Below are positions 23,731 to 36,836 of a stretch of DNA of 64,000 bases, one piece after another; the stretch's first letter is position 1; the number at the start of each line of letters is the position of its first letter. The DNA is taken from the NCBI GenBank assembly GCA_965645245.1, contig OZ287088.1, positions 372,001-436,000 of the forward strand, in the 5' to 3' direction. Position numbers and translations under genes: made by a program. This DNA is from Massalongia carnosa. Taxonomy: Eukaryota. The notes under the pieces were generated by a model. It was not told the DNA's origin and ran no database searches. It saw only the letters and a list, made by a program, of their open reading frames with translations.

Positions 23731-25440
23731 TTGTGGCTGCATTGTGCCAACCATGGGGAGCTCTTTTGTCGTGCCCAACGACGCCCCCCCGATTCACTAG
23801 ACGAGCATCGTCACTTCCTCACCAATGTGCTTCATAACTTAACTAACTGCGAGGCATATCAGAAGCAAAGACCTATGAAGGGTCAGTCTTACACCCTGTT
23901 ACTCTCCAGTATGCTCAGCCTACTGGAGAAGATGCGCAACCATCCCACGATGGATCAGCTCCAAGCTACCATCAACCAAATAAAGAACACTACAGAGCAA
24001 ACGCTCACTAAAGTCACCTATGTCGAGCGCAAGCAAGACACCGCCCGCACAACACCCACTACCTCCTCCGCGGCCACTACTGGCTACAAGAGGACGATGA
24101 TCTGGGCAGAACGGGCAGCCTTTGCTGCCTCGGCCCCAACGATCTCTACGCTTTCGGGGACGTCCATCCCCGCTCCTATACTAGAAGAGAAAGCTCGTGA
24201 AATCGTCGTCAAATTGAACGACGAAGCCATAGCAAAGGATCTGGCCAAACTGGCCTCCTCAGCGCTCAAAGACAGAATCAACGCGGCAATATCTAACGCG
24301 TTAAAGGATCATAACAACACGAGAATTCCGACCAATCAAAACGCTCCCGCCCCCCTTATTTCCAATGCCACAGCCACGGCAGCAGCCGTAGCAATAGCAG
24401 CAAGGGTCCTCCCTAGCGGAGACCTACAGGTAATAGTCAACAACGCCTCAGACACGGAACGCCTAAGAAAAGACACCCGATGGGCCATCAGGCTATCGAG
24501 CAAAGCTACTATAATACAGCCAAGCTTCGGCTTAATCGCGCACTTTGTACCGGCTAATCTAAGCATGATAGACATCAAGGAACGCCTCTGGGAGGAAATA
24601 AGTCACATATGCCCGTTAGGAATAGGGTAACAGGAGTAGAATGGTTGTCCCGCACGAGTAAGGCAGGAGCCACAGCTAGATCCATGGTGGTATACTTTTA
24701 GAACGAATTAGACTGTAACGCCATTTTGGCCTCGCAGCTACATTTGGATGGGAGATCTTTCGCGGTGGAAAGCCATGTTCCGGAGGCCAGGCTTAGGCAA
24801 TGTTTCCGGTGCGGTAAGTATGGTCACACGAGCCATGCTTGCCGACAGAAGCATCAAACATGCTTCAAATGTTCCGAAAAGTCACCACATGACCGATTGC
24901 AAATCGGTCACTCCCAAATGCAATGCGTGTGGCAAGGAGGGCCACGGGGCAAGCGCAGAGTCTTGCCCGGAGCGAAAAAAGGAAAAGGCCCGAATGAAGC
25001 GGGCCAAAGAAGAAGCTCTCCCCTTCTGGCCTCTCAGGGCCTCCTCAAGGGAGACCCTAAATGGTCAGGAACAAGAACGGAGCAGTCCGCCGGCATCGAC
25101 CACGCCGACGGTCACGACAAGCAGTGGGGTGACCCCAGCCTCAACCCAGGTGGAACAGGGCCCTTGAACGGGCTCTGTACGAGAGAAAGATTGGCAAAGC
25201 GTGCCAACTCTCCGCAAGGGGAAGAAGCGGGCGCATGGGGAGGTAGAGCCCCTGGCAGACAACCCCAGCTCTACCAACAGGAGCATGGCACAAGCAGCTT
25301 CTAAGAAGGGAAAGAAGAAACCCTCCTCGAAGGCTGTGGAGGTCTTGAGCGATAAGGAGAACGACGATAGTTCTTCAATGACCACCAGATCGGCAACCCG
25401 TCGCTTGCAGCCCAGTACTCAGACAGAAGAGGAACTATGA
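23731..25440 (+). pseudogene. LINE ORF1 (gag-like, three CCHC knuckles), frameshifted
   Basis: LPSGDL motif; CFRCGKYGHTSHAC, a split CFKC..H..C and CNACGKEGH..C. Confidence 0.85.
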
Positions 25441-28400
25441 GTGAATACAACCACTATCTGTCCATACTTCAGTACAACTGCAACAAATCCAAGAACACTG
25501 TCATGGCGGACTTCCTTCGCAGGGAGGAAAGCATGAAATACGGCATCCTGGCCATCCAGGAACCCTGGGCGGGGAACCCATATCAACACACCACGCACAA
25601 TCCGGTCAAAAATGTTTTTCACCTTCTCTATCCCCCCGAAACAGGAGAACAAGAGCTCCCTCCGAGAGTATGCATGTTCGTCAACAAAGACATAGCAAGC
25701 GCCTCTTGGAAGGTAACATTCCACTCTCCCGATCTGATGACTTTGCACTTGGAATTTCCTAGCGAAACCCAGCGAGTCATCAATATCCATAACATCTACA
25801 ATCCCTCCCCCTCTCAGGGAAACTACAGCACCTTGCTAGACCTAAGCAAGGCGCTAGAGGTGGAGGGAGAACACATAGTGGTAGGGGACTTCAATCTTCA
25901 CCATCCCCTATGGACTGGCGAAGACTACCATCATCAACATCCGGAGGCAGACCAACTACTGGAGATTCTCGATCAAAGCGAGCTAGAACTTCTGCTCCCC
26001 CCTGGCACCATAACATACGATCATAGATCAGCGCAGAGCACGATAGACTTAACGTTCGCGACCCCCGCAGTAGCTTCAGCCGTACTCATGTGCGATGTGA
26101 GAAGAGAGTTGGATAGTGACTCAGATCACTACCCTATTGGCACAGCATTCGATATCACCACGGTTAAGAGGGACATAAGGTCCTCTCGCATGTGGTCTAG
26201 TCTAAGACTGATAGGAAAAAGCTACTAGACACGCTGACAGACAAGCTCCCGGCACCTAGGAGCGTGAGCACAGTTCAAGAACTCGACATTTGGCCCATGA
26301 GTTAGTTGAAGCTATCCAGCACGCAGTGGAGCCAGCAGTCCCACTTTCTAGAGGGTGCAATCATTCAAAACCTGGCTTTACTCCGGAATGCAAAGAGGCA
26401 GTCACCCTATGCAGACGTCTCAGGCGCAAGCATAAGGAAACGCGCTCTCTGGAAGACTGGGAAGCCTACCGAGAGGCGAGAAACAGCAAAAACAAAATCG
26501 TACAAAAAGCTCTCAAGACAACACATAGGGACAGGGTAGAGGAGGCCACCAGCACCCCAGATGGTCTCTTGAAGCTTGCGAAATGGGCTAAGAACAGGTC
26601 GACCCCATTCCAAGCCTTCACCCCAACCCTAATGAAAAGCGATGGCTCCAAAGTGACGGAGGCCTCGGGCAAGGCTGAACTGCTTCGCAGATAGTTTTTT
26701 CCTATCCCGGACGCCACCAATCTTGAAGACATCGCCGATTATCACTATCCAGAGCCAATCCAATTTGCTCCCATCTTAGCTCGGGAAATAACTAAAGCCA
26801 TCACAAAGGCAACACCATTCTCGGCCCCAGGCCCCAACGGACTGCCTAATAGAATCCTCAGAGATGTGTTACCGCTCATCATGCCCACACTTGTAGCTCT
26901 GTATAACGCCAGCTGGGAACTGGGTCATCACCCCAATGCTTTCAGAGATTCCACCACGGTGGTTTTTAGAAAACCAGCTAAGGCCGACTATAGTTTGCCG
27001 AATTCATACAGACCCATAGCCTTGCTCAACACTTTAGGTAAGACTATGGAGAAGATCATTCCAACCAGAATTAATCACGCGGTGGAGACCGAGAGCCTAC
27101 TCCCCAGACTCCATATAGGCGGCAGGCGAGCTAGATCACCCGAACTCGCCCTCCATCTGCTCCTAGAGGCCATCCACGCAGCCTGGCTTAACAACGAAGT
27201 GGCCACAGTGCTCATGCTGGACATCTCGGGTGCTTACGATAACGTATCCCACAAAAGACTACTGCACAACCTACGGAAGAGAACGATAGGCGGCAACATA
27301 GCTAAATGGATCGAAAGCTTCTTTCAGGAAAGGAAAACGATCATCGCCATGCCCGACTACACCTCGCAACCATTCACCACGAACTTTGGAGTCCCTCAGG
27401 GATCCCCTATATCTCCTATTCTTTATCTCTTCTACAACGCCGACCTTATGGAAGAGGAAGGGCCCAAAAAGATGAACTTGGGCTATGTCGATGACATATC
27501 CAAACTAATTATTGGAACTTCAGCACAACAGAACTGTAGAAATCTCGAAGCCTCGTTCATGACGAGGGAGCAGAAATGGGCGGACACATGCCTCCAAATT
27601 TGCCCCCGCCATATTCCAGCTCTTGCACTTTATCAAAGGACCCTCAGAGACGGATTTGAACCCCCCGGAGAGAGCTATCTCCCTAGCGGGCAAAACCATC
27701 AAGCCACAGCATACCGCCACCTACCTGGGCGCCACATTCGACGACAAGCTCAAATGGCACGCCCATTTAAGGAAACTGGAAGCCAAAACCTCAAAGAGAC
27801 TGGGGGCCCTAGGCAGCCTTGCGGGCTCCACATGGGGCACCAGTCTTGCGAGCCTTCGAAGAATCTATCAAGCCACCATACTACCGCAACTCACCTTTGG
27901 ATGCTCTGCATGGTATGTTCCCGAGGGCGGATACGGGACTATCACGCAAGCAACCGCCGTGCTCAAAGCCGTCAGATCTATTCAGCGACGGGCGGCACTG
28001 ATCATTTCAGGGGCATTTAGAACAACCTCGGGCCCGGCCTTGGATATGGAGCTTCACCTCCTGCCTGGCCGGCAACGCATGGAGCAGGCAGTGAACGAGT
28101 CACTACTGCGCATACGTTCAAGCCCCCTTTACGCCATAATACGTGAGATCCGCGCCTGGACAAGCCAAGCGGACTCCCACTATCGATACTGGAGCCCTCT
28201 AGCTAAGCTAGAGTCCCGCTTAATGACTTCGGGGAAATGCCCTCAACCTTGGCGGTTAGAGGTCATTCTTCCATTCATAGTGGAACCATGGTGGTCTCCC
28301 CCCGAAACGCACATTGCTTCCAGTAAAGAGGAAGCAATCAAAGAGCATGACAAGATGACATCAGAGCCGAACCAAATAGTCATATACACGGATGGGAGTG

Positions 28401-29293
28401 ATAACCCCTTCGGAGTTGGTGCGGCAGCGGTCATCCCCAGCGACAACACACGGGTAGTAACCCGCCTCGGAACGAACAAAGAAGCCACAGTTTACCTCGC
28501 GGAACTAGTGGGCATCGACATGGGACTGGCGGCGGCTATTGCACGATGGCAAGGGGAGATAATAACCGTTTTTGCAGATAATCAATCAGCCATCAAATCA
28601 GTAGCCGACCCCGGAACTTAATTAGGTCAGTTCATACTACGCGAGATCATTGGAAAAATCCACGCATGCCGGGAGATGCAGGCCAGAGTCAGACTCTGCT
28701 GGATACATGGGCATGTGGGAGTAGAAGGCAACGAGATAGCAGACCAAGCAGCAAAAGAAGCATCAAGCTGGTTAGAACCTGGCCAAAGTCCCTCCATCAC
28801 CCACTTCGACTTCCTCGGACACACAGTGAAGTCGGCGATAAAACGCAACATGAGGACAATGATCAGCAAAGAATGGGCTGGGGATTGGGAGGTAGAAAAA
28901 CGCGGATAGATGACGAAAAAACTCCTCCCCCAGCCCACTAACAAGGTCTTGCAGCTCTACCAGGGGCTTCACAAGTCAATGAGTTCCACCCTGGTGCAGA
29001 TGAGAACAGGTAAGATTGGTCTCCGCAAGTATCTCTCAGATATAGGCCGCACCGAAACGGGCGAATGTCCATGCGGCTTCGGTTATCAAACAGTTCACCA
29101 TGTGCTTCTGGAGTGCGTCAGGTACCATCGACTACGCATGGAGACTATCTGGAAAGGCCGGAAGGTGTTCGATCTCCAAGAAATTTTTAGCACCCCCAGA
29201 CTGGCCAAGGCAGCATCCAAATTCATGCTACCCTCACGTCTCCTCGGCCAATTTGGAGACGTGAGGATAGCAACCAAACAATCCACGAGTTAA
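25437..29293 (+). pseudogene. LINE ORF2 (APE endonuclease, RT, RNase H, C-terminal Zn motif) with stops and frameshifts
   Basis: ILQYNC, AIQEPW, GDFNLHH, SDHYPI; YRPIALL, GVPQGSPISP, YVDD; YTDGS, AELVGI, GHVGVEGNE; CPCG..HVLLEC. Confidence 0.93.
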
Positions 29294-31329
29294 CGGCAGG
29301 CCGGCTCTTGTTTTATCCCGCTCACAGAATAGTCTCTACCATGGTAGGGCTTGCATGTATCAACACCAAGCACAGGGGCCCAGGAGGGTGGCGTTGGAGT
29401 TCTATTTATCGATTTGTCTCAAGCGGTTTGTCCCTCTGTTCGTGTCTTCTTTTCCCTCTTCCTTGCATTCGCAACCCCTTGTACAGCTAAAAGAGTTTTT
29501 GTATTTTTTGTACTTTCAGCGCTTAGTGCAGCAATTCTGCCCTCAGTAGACTTAGATACCTATCCCCTGGGACACCCCCCGATGTAGCTTAGCACTCCCG
29601 CATAAGGGCCTTCGGCCCTTGGATCGGTGTATGAATCAATCAATCAATCAACATCCATTTGCAATCTCTTTGCAACTTTTTTATTATTATTAATTCATTA
29701 AGCGTATGCGTCCTAAGGATATGACGCTGTGACTGCTATTTTTGTACACAAACAACAGTCAGGAATAGGAAACCTGATCCTCAGGATAAAATCACTCCCT
29801 TATTCCATATTGAACGCAACGAAATCGTTCTTCTACCACGCGGTATATACATCTAGATCTTTTAGCGCTAGGAATCCTGTAGACTCGATGAACTAGACAG
29901 TGTATATTTACACATTCGATGAACGTTCTCTCGTTTTAATCGTTTTGACTCAATAAAGGAAAAACTGACCGTGATCGAGGGCAGATCATGATGTCGTATA
30001 ATTGAAGGCGTGGAGGTGTGATTATTCCGAATGAATAAGCTTTTTCGATATGATAAGAGGCTATCGTTTGAGATGTGTGGTCATTCCGAATAAATAGGCT
30101 TGGTATGTCTTCGAAGTAGTGAATGATCAGTAGAGACGTTGATCATTCAAACGGTCATCAAGATGGCTTCCGCGTTGGCGATGTTCAGATATTGGCCACC
30201 TCCGACGAGGTATTGATAGCCTGCATCACGTGAAGTTTCCGATCTAGCAGGCCCCTTTCCAACTTAATCGCCGCTCTGTCGCGATACTTTCTGCTCTTTA
30301 GACGGGATTTTACCAGCAGGTTCTGCAGATCGAATGACGATAGAGGAGATATTTAATATGTTTTATCGATTCGGATTTTGGTGCTTGACACGATTTACTC
30401 GAGAAGCCTCCATTTTATCTCGAGCAGAGCAGGCAACAACAAGATGAATATATTTTACTATCTATTTTACTATCTAAATCTGCCAAATCAAAGAACCGGT
30501 ATCCGACGCTCAAAGCTTGCACTCAGCTTCTGACGTAATTTACCGCTATTCGGAACACCCGCTTATTCGGAACTAACAAACTTGATACCAACCTTCGTAA
30601 TTTTTTATCACCGCCGCATCCGCAAAATTTCTAGCAAATGTACTCGGGAATTGATGAACAGGTTCTAGTGAATATATATAGCTAGCATAAGCTTGTAGAG
30701 CTACATTTTACGAGTGTTACAGATGACACGACCGCGCGAACTAACCCGAACCTTTAAAACTTCCTACTTCTCCCCCTTTCCTACTATTTCCACATCACCT
30801 TGTACCAACCTAGTGATGTTTTTCTTTCTTGGTATACCTTTTCCTTTATTTCGAGCAGTTTTTATAAACCCTAGGTCACCCTCAACTGTCTCCATATAAA
30901 TATGAGATGCAATCTGAATAAGGTCGTGAAAAGCGTTTTGAAAGATAGAACCGTCTCGTTTCTTATTTTTAAGTAAAGATCAAGATGTTACAAGATCAGG
31001 CACGTATATTAGGTCGGATTCAAATCGCATATGGTCTTTAGATACCTGAAAAAAATAGTCGATCATTCTGTTTTTTTCCTTACCTGTCATCTAGCCTCTT
31101 TGTCAACCTTTCTGACCAATTACATGGATTCAAGAAGGATGAAAAGACTGTATACTGTATGTGGGAAATGCCTACATCTAGCTACCTATATAGAAGGGAA
31201 AAGGGGTCATGGCGGCAACGATATCAAGCCCAGCAAATTGAGGGGTAAAGGTGGGAAAGAAATGGCGTAGTCTTAGCGGTATCTGCCGCGACAGGGGGTC
31301 GAGGATCGGCGATGAGAATCGACCGCATT

Positions 31330-32204
31330 CAGGTTTGACACTCTTTCTCCTTTTTCTTATTTTCAGCTAGTTGTCTTCTTTTCTCTACATCTTCTAAACT
31401 CAATACGCGAGCCCCTTGAATATAGTATTGAGTTCCCGTACGTTGAGCTCGTTGTTTTTTCGTGTATTGGCAGCTAAAAGCTCCGTATTAGTACGATTCA
31501 ACACAATACGATCAGTCATAGCAAGCCTAGCTGCTTTAAGGGTTTTTTGTAGAAGAGTAAGCTTAGAGGAATCAAGTGTGACGAAGCGAGATAGTGAATA
31601 GATTTCTACCATTGCGCCACCTGTCCTTCCCGACCAAAAGGCACAATACTTAGTCCGCAGAATAAGCTCTATTCTACTATAACTGGGACTCCTGCTATGT
31701 TCGCTGTAGGTCCTGCCGTCCGCACCACGCATGGTCGAACGGTTACATCAAGAGTCTGATGTCGAAATAGTAATATAAACTCCTCAACCTCTGAGACTTG
31801 TACTATGTTTCCTGATATTGGTGATATTTGGCCTGAAAGATAACGCGTTTAAATAAGAGTACTAGCGCTAGGTAGAGTATCATCGTCCGTATAAGGCTTA
31901 GCTGATATTTTGTCAAAGGCGGAGTCTGGTAGCTCTAGTTAACCCAGCTCTGAAGAGATCCCTCCTCCTCGGGCGTTAACCTCTGCTTTGAAGTAACGTA
32001 CGATACCTGGTACTGGCGACTATTTATCCTGTGATACAATGTTTTTTTCGGTACCGCATGAAGTCAAGCAGTTTGCGTAATAGATAACGACCCTTCTGTC
32101 TTCTCATAGACCTTAACTGCCTATTTCAAACGTTCTCTAACCTCGTCTTTCAAGGTAGTACGCAATCCCGATTTTGTAACTCGAAACTGCCGGGAAGAAG
32201 CCAT
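31330..32204 (-). pseudogene. Internally deleted Fot1/pogo-type transposase remnant
   Basis: N-terminal HTH (VPKKTLYHRIN...SKQRLTPEEE) at about 31830-32204 joined to a C-terminal-like segment (NTELLAANTRK..GARVL); DDE core absent. Confidence 0.65.
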
Positions 32205-33598
32205 TTCAGCAGTGTAATTTATCGATAATCAGCTACTAGTGAAACGCAGCCACCTTGTGTTTGCTATTCTAGTGTTTGGGCAAAGTCCTGACCCTAGGGT
32301 GTGGCATGACACCGTTCGTGCGCCGTCCGCGCCGGGTAGGCTACGGGGTCCATGGACGCTGTAGATGCGAACCCTGGGGTCAAGACATACTCCCAAAACC
32401 CCAAAACCGTGTTTCTCGCAGAGGAATGGTTTAGATCGTGCGAAGTCTCGCGATGGTGTGGGTGCGGTGTGCATGTGGTGAGGATTCGGGTAAGGTGCAG
32501 GACATGTGGTATTCAGCCTCTTTGATGTCGTCTCGAGGCATTCCATATGATTGAGGGGTTTGTGTGTATGTATAATCGGTAGGCGTCTGATTTCCAGCGT
32601 CCTAGCAGCTTGATTTCATCCTCGTTTAGGCCGGCGTTTTTCGCGGAGGTGGCGGCCCCTCTCCGAAAGGAGTGACCTGAATAATTTCCCTGATATCCCT
32701 TGTCTTTTAGAACGTCTCGTAATGCTTTAGTGACAAAGTTTCGCGTGAAAGCCTTTTTTGGATAGAACATAGGTTGGCTGAGATCTATTGGAAAACGTTC
32801 GATCAGAATTCTCAATGATCGGACTGGGCAGGCTTCGTCATTGACGGCCGCTACTGTAACTGTGACCCCTTGTCGGAAGGGATCCGTCTTGGAGGCGGGA
32901 AGGGTCAGCTGTAATCTGTCCTCGCTCAGTAATAGTGAACCTCTGGTTATGTGCCATTGGGCAAAGTCGTCTCCCCACATGTTTTCTTCCCATGTGAATT
33001 TTCCGATACGTAAGAAGGCCGCGAAGGCTAAACAGAAGGCCGCGTGCAGTATGGCTCCCCTTAAGGAATTTTGATCAAAAGTACTAACGATCTCTTCTAG
33101 GATGGATCGGGTTATAGGACGACGTTCTCGCGGCTGGGCGGCGGGACGGAGCCGGCGTATGCCTGCCACGATTCTCTCTAGTTGGAGATGATGGAAAATA
33201 TCTAATTCGGCCTTCGACGCGCCTCGGTCGACTTGATAAGATCTGATGCCGCTTAAGTATTGATGATGATGATGTATTCATACTCCGATATGTCACCGGC
33301 CGTAGGCCGGCCCATGCGGGCAAAGCTATCTAAGTTATATTACATGGAAAACCTTTTTCAGGTGTAAAAACCATATCCCTTGATACAGTCGACTGCAAAA
33401 GGTTGGTCGCGACCCTGCATTTGGGACCACACATCACGCGAAAATGGCAAAATGCCGGCAAAAATCCGAAAAACTACCCTCACCGCCTACATGCCAATGA
33501 AGTCGTACTACTGGTCAGTATTGAAGCGACTTGTAGATTAGTATATGTAGATGCCATTCCCCGTCTTTTTTCCCTCTCTCCTCTGCCATTTTCCCAAA

Positions 33599-34643
33599 AT
33601 GCCCCCCCCTCTCAGTGAGACCCTTCGTGAGACAATCACGCTTCGTTTTGTACGAGGTGACAGCAATAAGACAATTGAATCTGTCACTGGTGTTGGCATC
33701 AGACAGATTCAACGAATGAGACGTAATTGGACTCATTTTGGAGATGTGGTTCTACCTCAATTGTCAATTGGACATCGCCCTCGTAAACTCAGTCAATTTC
33801 ATGAGATTGAACTTCTGAAATATCTGGAGCAACGTCCGCATGCCTATCTGGACGAAATGTGCTGGTTCATTTGGGACGAATTTCAGATCTCTGCAGATGA
33901 GACCACCGTTGGTCGTGCCCTAAAAAGGCTTGGTTGGAATCGAAAGAAGGTGATCAAACAAGCAGCTCAAAGAAATCAAGGCCTTCGAGATGGATGGATG
34001 CAGAGATTCGGAGAATGGACTGCAGAGCAATTGATCTTTTTGGACGAAAGTGCAGCTTGCGAAAGAACCGGTTATTTCCTATCTCATCTTTCATCCCATC
34101 TTCGTCATTTTTCTGACTTTCTGACTAGGTGATCGACGATACGGATGGGCTCAGGCAGGCGTCCCTCCAATCATGATTCAGGATTTGAAAAGGTCAAAGA
34201 GATGGAGCATTCTTCCTGCATTTACCGTCGATGGATATATAGCTTGGGAGGTGCATCAGGGCTCCATAACTGCCGAAATTTTCAACGACTTCGTTCGAAA
34301 TCAGGTTCTTCCTCAGACGACTGCCAATGGAGGTCCTAGATCTGTTTTAGTACTAGATAATGCCAGCATTCATTGGAATCAGGAGCTTATTCAGATGTGC
34401 GAGACAGCCAACGTCACCTTGGCACGACTACCTCCTTATTCTCCATATTTCAATCCAATTGAAACGTCGTTTGCATTGCTAAAGGCATGGATTCGACGGA
34501 ATGGAGATTTGAGTCTTTCGTACACGGAGGAGTATGGGGGATTCGGACAATTTCTTCGGGATGCAGTCAAAGATCTGAGAATGGGAGGCCCGGGAACTTT
34601 ATTTAGATTGGCTGGCATTCAGTATCCCACCATTTCAATCTGA
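33599..34643 (+). CDS. DD34E transposase with one intron (34071-34128)
   Basis: HTH region; FLDES; splicing GT..CTGAC..AG restores ERTG-DRRYGW in frame; VLDNASIH..PPYSPYFNPIE gives 34 residues between D and E. Confidence 0.92.
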
Positions 34644-34658
34644 TTAGATACATAGTAT

Positions 34659-36836
34659 CTAATCCTCATCTTCATCTTCGGCATAATCGTATTCTAGACT
34701 ATGCGTCTCATCTTCCTCAATTGTATCTCTCACTCCAGATCCTACCTCCCCGCCCCCGTCCACCTCCCCATCCTCCATCCCCTTATCCACCCGAGTGACC
34801 GCCTGAGTGACCGCCTGAGTGGCCATTTGCGATGTCGGTAAATGGCGTTGACGCCGAGGGGGAGGCGGGGGCATTTGCTGAGATATCTGTCGAGACATTT
34901 GTCGAGACATTTGCAAAGGCATTTGCCGAGACATTTCTCTTCCAAATTTACTGACGTCTCGCGCCAGTTGAATCCCGATTCCCGGAGGAATTCCTAGCTC
35001 CTGCCAGAACGTCTGATGCTCGATGCCTTTCAAGGATTGAACGGTCATCAGATCGTACCCACCTTCCATCAATCGATCGCAGGCGTTGGTGAGCACTCCT
35101 TTCAAATGAGGCTTCATTTGAACAAGCCAACTGACATAGTCTTCCAGATCTTCTTCCACTGGACTGCTGCGGGCGACGGAGGGGAGAGGGAGAAATCGAC
35201 TCACGCTTCGACTGCTTCTGGATGATCTCGAATCTCTCCAATCCAACGGCGTTTCCTCAAGGGCTCGTCTCGAGTCAGGTAATGTAGAAGGAGCATACTG
35301 AGAAGGATAAAATGCCGGGGGAGGAAATGCCGAGTGAGGAAATGCCGAGGGGAATGCCGAGGGAAATGTCGAGGGGAATGCCAATGACGAGGGGGGAAAT
35401 GTCGAGTGGGGGATTTGGTACGAGTGGTGTTGATACATGGGATGTTGATAAATGGAATGCCCACCTCCAAAGGGCATTTCCTGAGACGAGGTTTCCTGTT
35501 TTGGAGATGATGATTCAGTCTTTTTCTTACCTTTATTCAGGGAGAATAAATTCTCTCTGATCTTCGGTGGAGGTGTTCGAGAATCAATGTCTGAAATTCC
35601 ATCATCTAGTGCTTTATTCCAGGTCACGAAATGAGCACTGTTGAGAGGATAATGCTGATTCTTCGTCTCATCATTCCAACAGTACTGTCCGAAATTCCTA
35701 CATGCGCGTTTTTCACAGAGATGCAGACTTTGCAATTCGGACATTCTTTCGGCCGTCATGCCTTGCAACATGGCTCGTTCCTCCATCTCTTTTTGCAGCT
35801 TCATGGTCGCGGTTCCCAATTTCTTGGTGGCGACAGCTGTGGCAGCAGCAATAGGATCATCGGGAGGAATGACGCCATCTTTGGTACGACTGAAGTTGAA
35901 AATAAGATCAACCGCGAAGCTTTTCTTTCGAATGCTGCTGTCTTCTAAATGAATTAGAACCTCCTCAATGGGCTGCCAGGATTCGATCAACATGAGAGCT
36001 GATTTTTCATGCGGTTTGATTCCATTCCATAACACGGTCGCTTTGATATCGACCAAATGACAAGCATACATTTTGGAATTCGCATACGTCTCGGCTTTCA
36101 AACTCATGTCCCCGGTGTAGCTTCTCAAAAAGAATCTTTTCGACGTAGTTGAATTGACTTCGTATGGAATCACCGTCTCGAAAACGACGTGCTTCTCATA
36201 CGACATCTTCACATTTAGTAGATATTTGATTACCATCGGAGGCAGTGGCGAAGGGGATAAACGGGAGGGTTCTTTTCTTCTTGGTTTTCTAGACTTCTTA
36301 CTGACAATCGAGTTACTAGGCACATTGAGATCTTCGACATCATCTTCGGCATCATCTTCGGAATCATCTTCGGCATCATCTTCGGCATCATCTTCGGCAT
36401 CTACAGCTTTCATCGCGTTCTCCTTTCTCCACTGACCCTGCCACCTCTGCTTCTCGTCTTCATCCGTCCAGTCGTCGGAGGAATCCTCCGTAATGACAAG
36501 GGGACTATAATAATTCGATTCGAAAGTCTTTGACTGCTGAGGCTGGACCTTTGACTTGGGAGGGGCCTTTGGCTTGGGAGGGACCTTTGGCTTGGGAGGG
36601 GCCTTTGGCTTGAGGGGGGCCTTTGGCTTGAAGGGGGGCTTTGACTTGAGGGGAGGCTTTGGCTTGGGAGGGGCCGACGTCGATTCCGGCGAGGCTTCAT
36701 CGATGCCGGCGGCGACAATGGCTCTGGCTCTCGGCCCTCCCAAAGTCAGTTTGATTCTCTTACCTTTGAAAGGCTCTTTTCCAGCCGGGGGGGGGCCGGA
36801 ATTTGATCTTTTTGCTCTCGGTTCACGAAGTTTCAT
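34659..36836 (-). CDS. Transposon-borne accessory protein, about 725 aa, function unknown
   Basis: Uninterrupted ORF; PKPKAP-type repeats, DDAE repeats, C-x4-C-x6-C-x8-H motif, possible SAM-like C-terminal helical domain. Confidence 0.8.
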   Translation of the reverse strand: MKLREPRAKRSNSGPPPAGKEPFKGKRIKLTLGGPRARAIVAAGIDEASPESTSAPPKPKPPLKSKPPFKPKAPLKPKAPPKPKVPPKPKAPPKSKVQPQQSKTFESNYYSPLVITEDSSDDWTDEDEKQRWQGQWRKENAMKAVDAEDDAEDDAEDDSEDDAEDDVEDLNVPSNSIVSKKSRKPRRKEPSRLSPSPLPPMVIKYLLNVKMSYEKHVVFETVIPYEVNSTTSKRFFLRSYTGDMSLKAETYANSKMYACHLVDIKATVLWNGIKPHEKSALMLIESWQPIEEVLIHLEDSSIRKKSFAVDLIFNFSRTKDGVIPPDDPIAAATAVATKKLGTATMKLQKEMEERAMLQGMTAERMSELQSLHLCEKRACRNFGQYCWNDETKNQHYPLNSAHFVTWNKALDDGISDIDSRTPPPKIRENLFSLNKGKKKTESSSPKQETSSQEMPFGGGHSIYQHPMYQHHSYQIPHSTFPPSSLAFPSTFPSAFPSAFPHSAFPPPAFYPSQYAPSTLPDSRRALEETPLDWRDSRSSRSSRSVSRFLPLPSVARSSPVEEDLEDYVSWLVQMKPHLKGVLTNACDRLMEGGYDLMTVQSLKGIEHQTFWQELGIPPGIGIQLARDVSKFGREMSRQMPLQMSRQMSRQISQQMPPPPPRRQRHLPTSQMATQAVTQAVTRVDKGMEDGEVDGGGEVGSGVRDTIEEDETHSLEYDYAEDEDED

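Larger units (their letters stand above)
23586..29650 (+). mobile_element. Tad1/I-group LINE (LINE-1 here), near full length, degenerate
   Basis: 16-bp TSD ACATCCATTTGCAATC at 23570-23585 and 29651-29666; (AATC)n tail; ORF1 and ORF2 present. Confidence 0.93.

Noticed and set aside
29700..31300. Short ORFs and scattered TTCCGAAT/ATTCGGAA motifs
   Set aside because: No recognisable domain, clear TIR pair or TSD; treated as intergenic or decayed repeat
32513..33169. Starship captain or Crypton recombinase
   Set aside because: The short YR overlaps a DIRS-type RT/RNase H ORF, which is the layout of a YR retrotransposon
33551..33598. Shared MPFPVFFP N-terminus of ORFs 33551 and 36896 as a real protein feature
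   Set aside because: It arises from an ATG inside the TIR; the ATGs at 33599 and 36836 are the more plausible starts, though this is unproven
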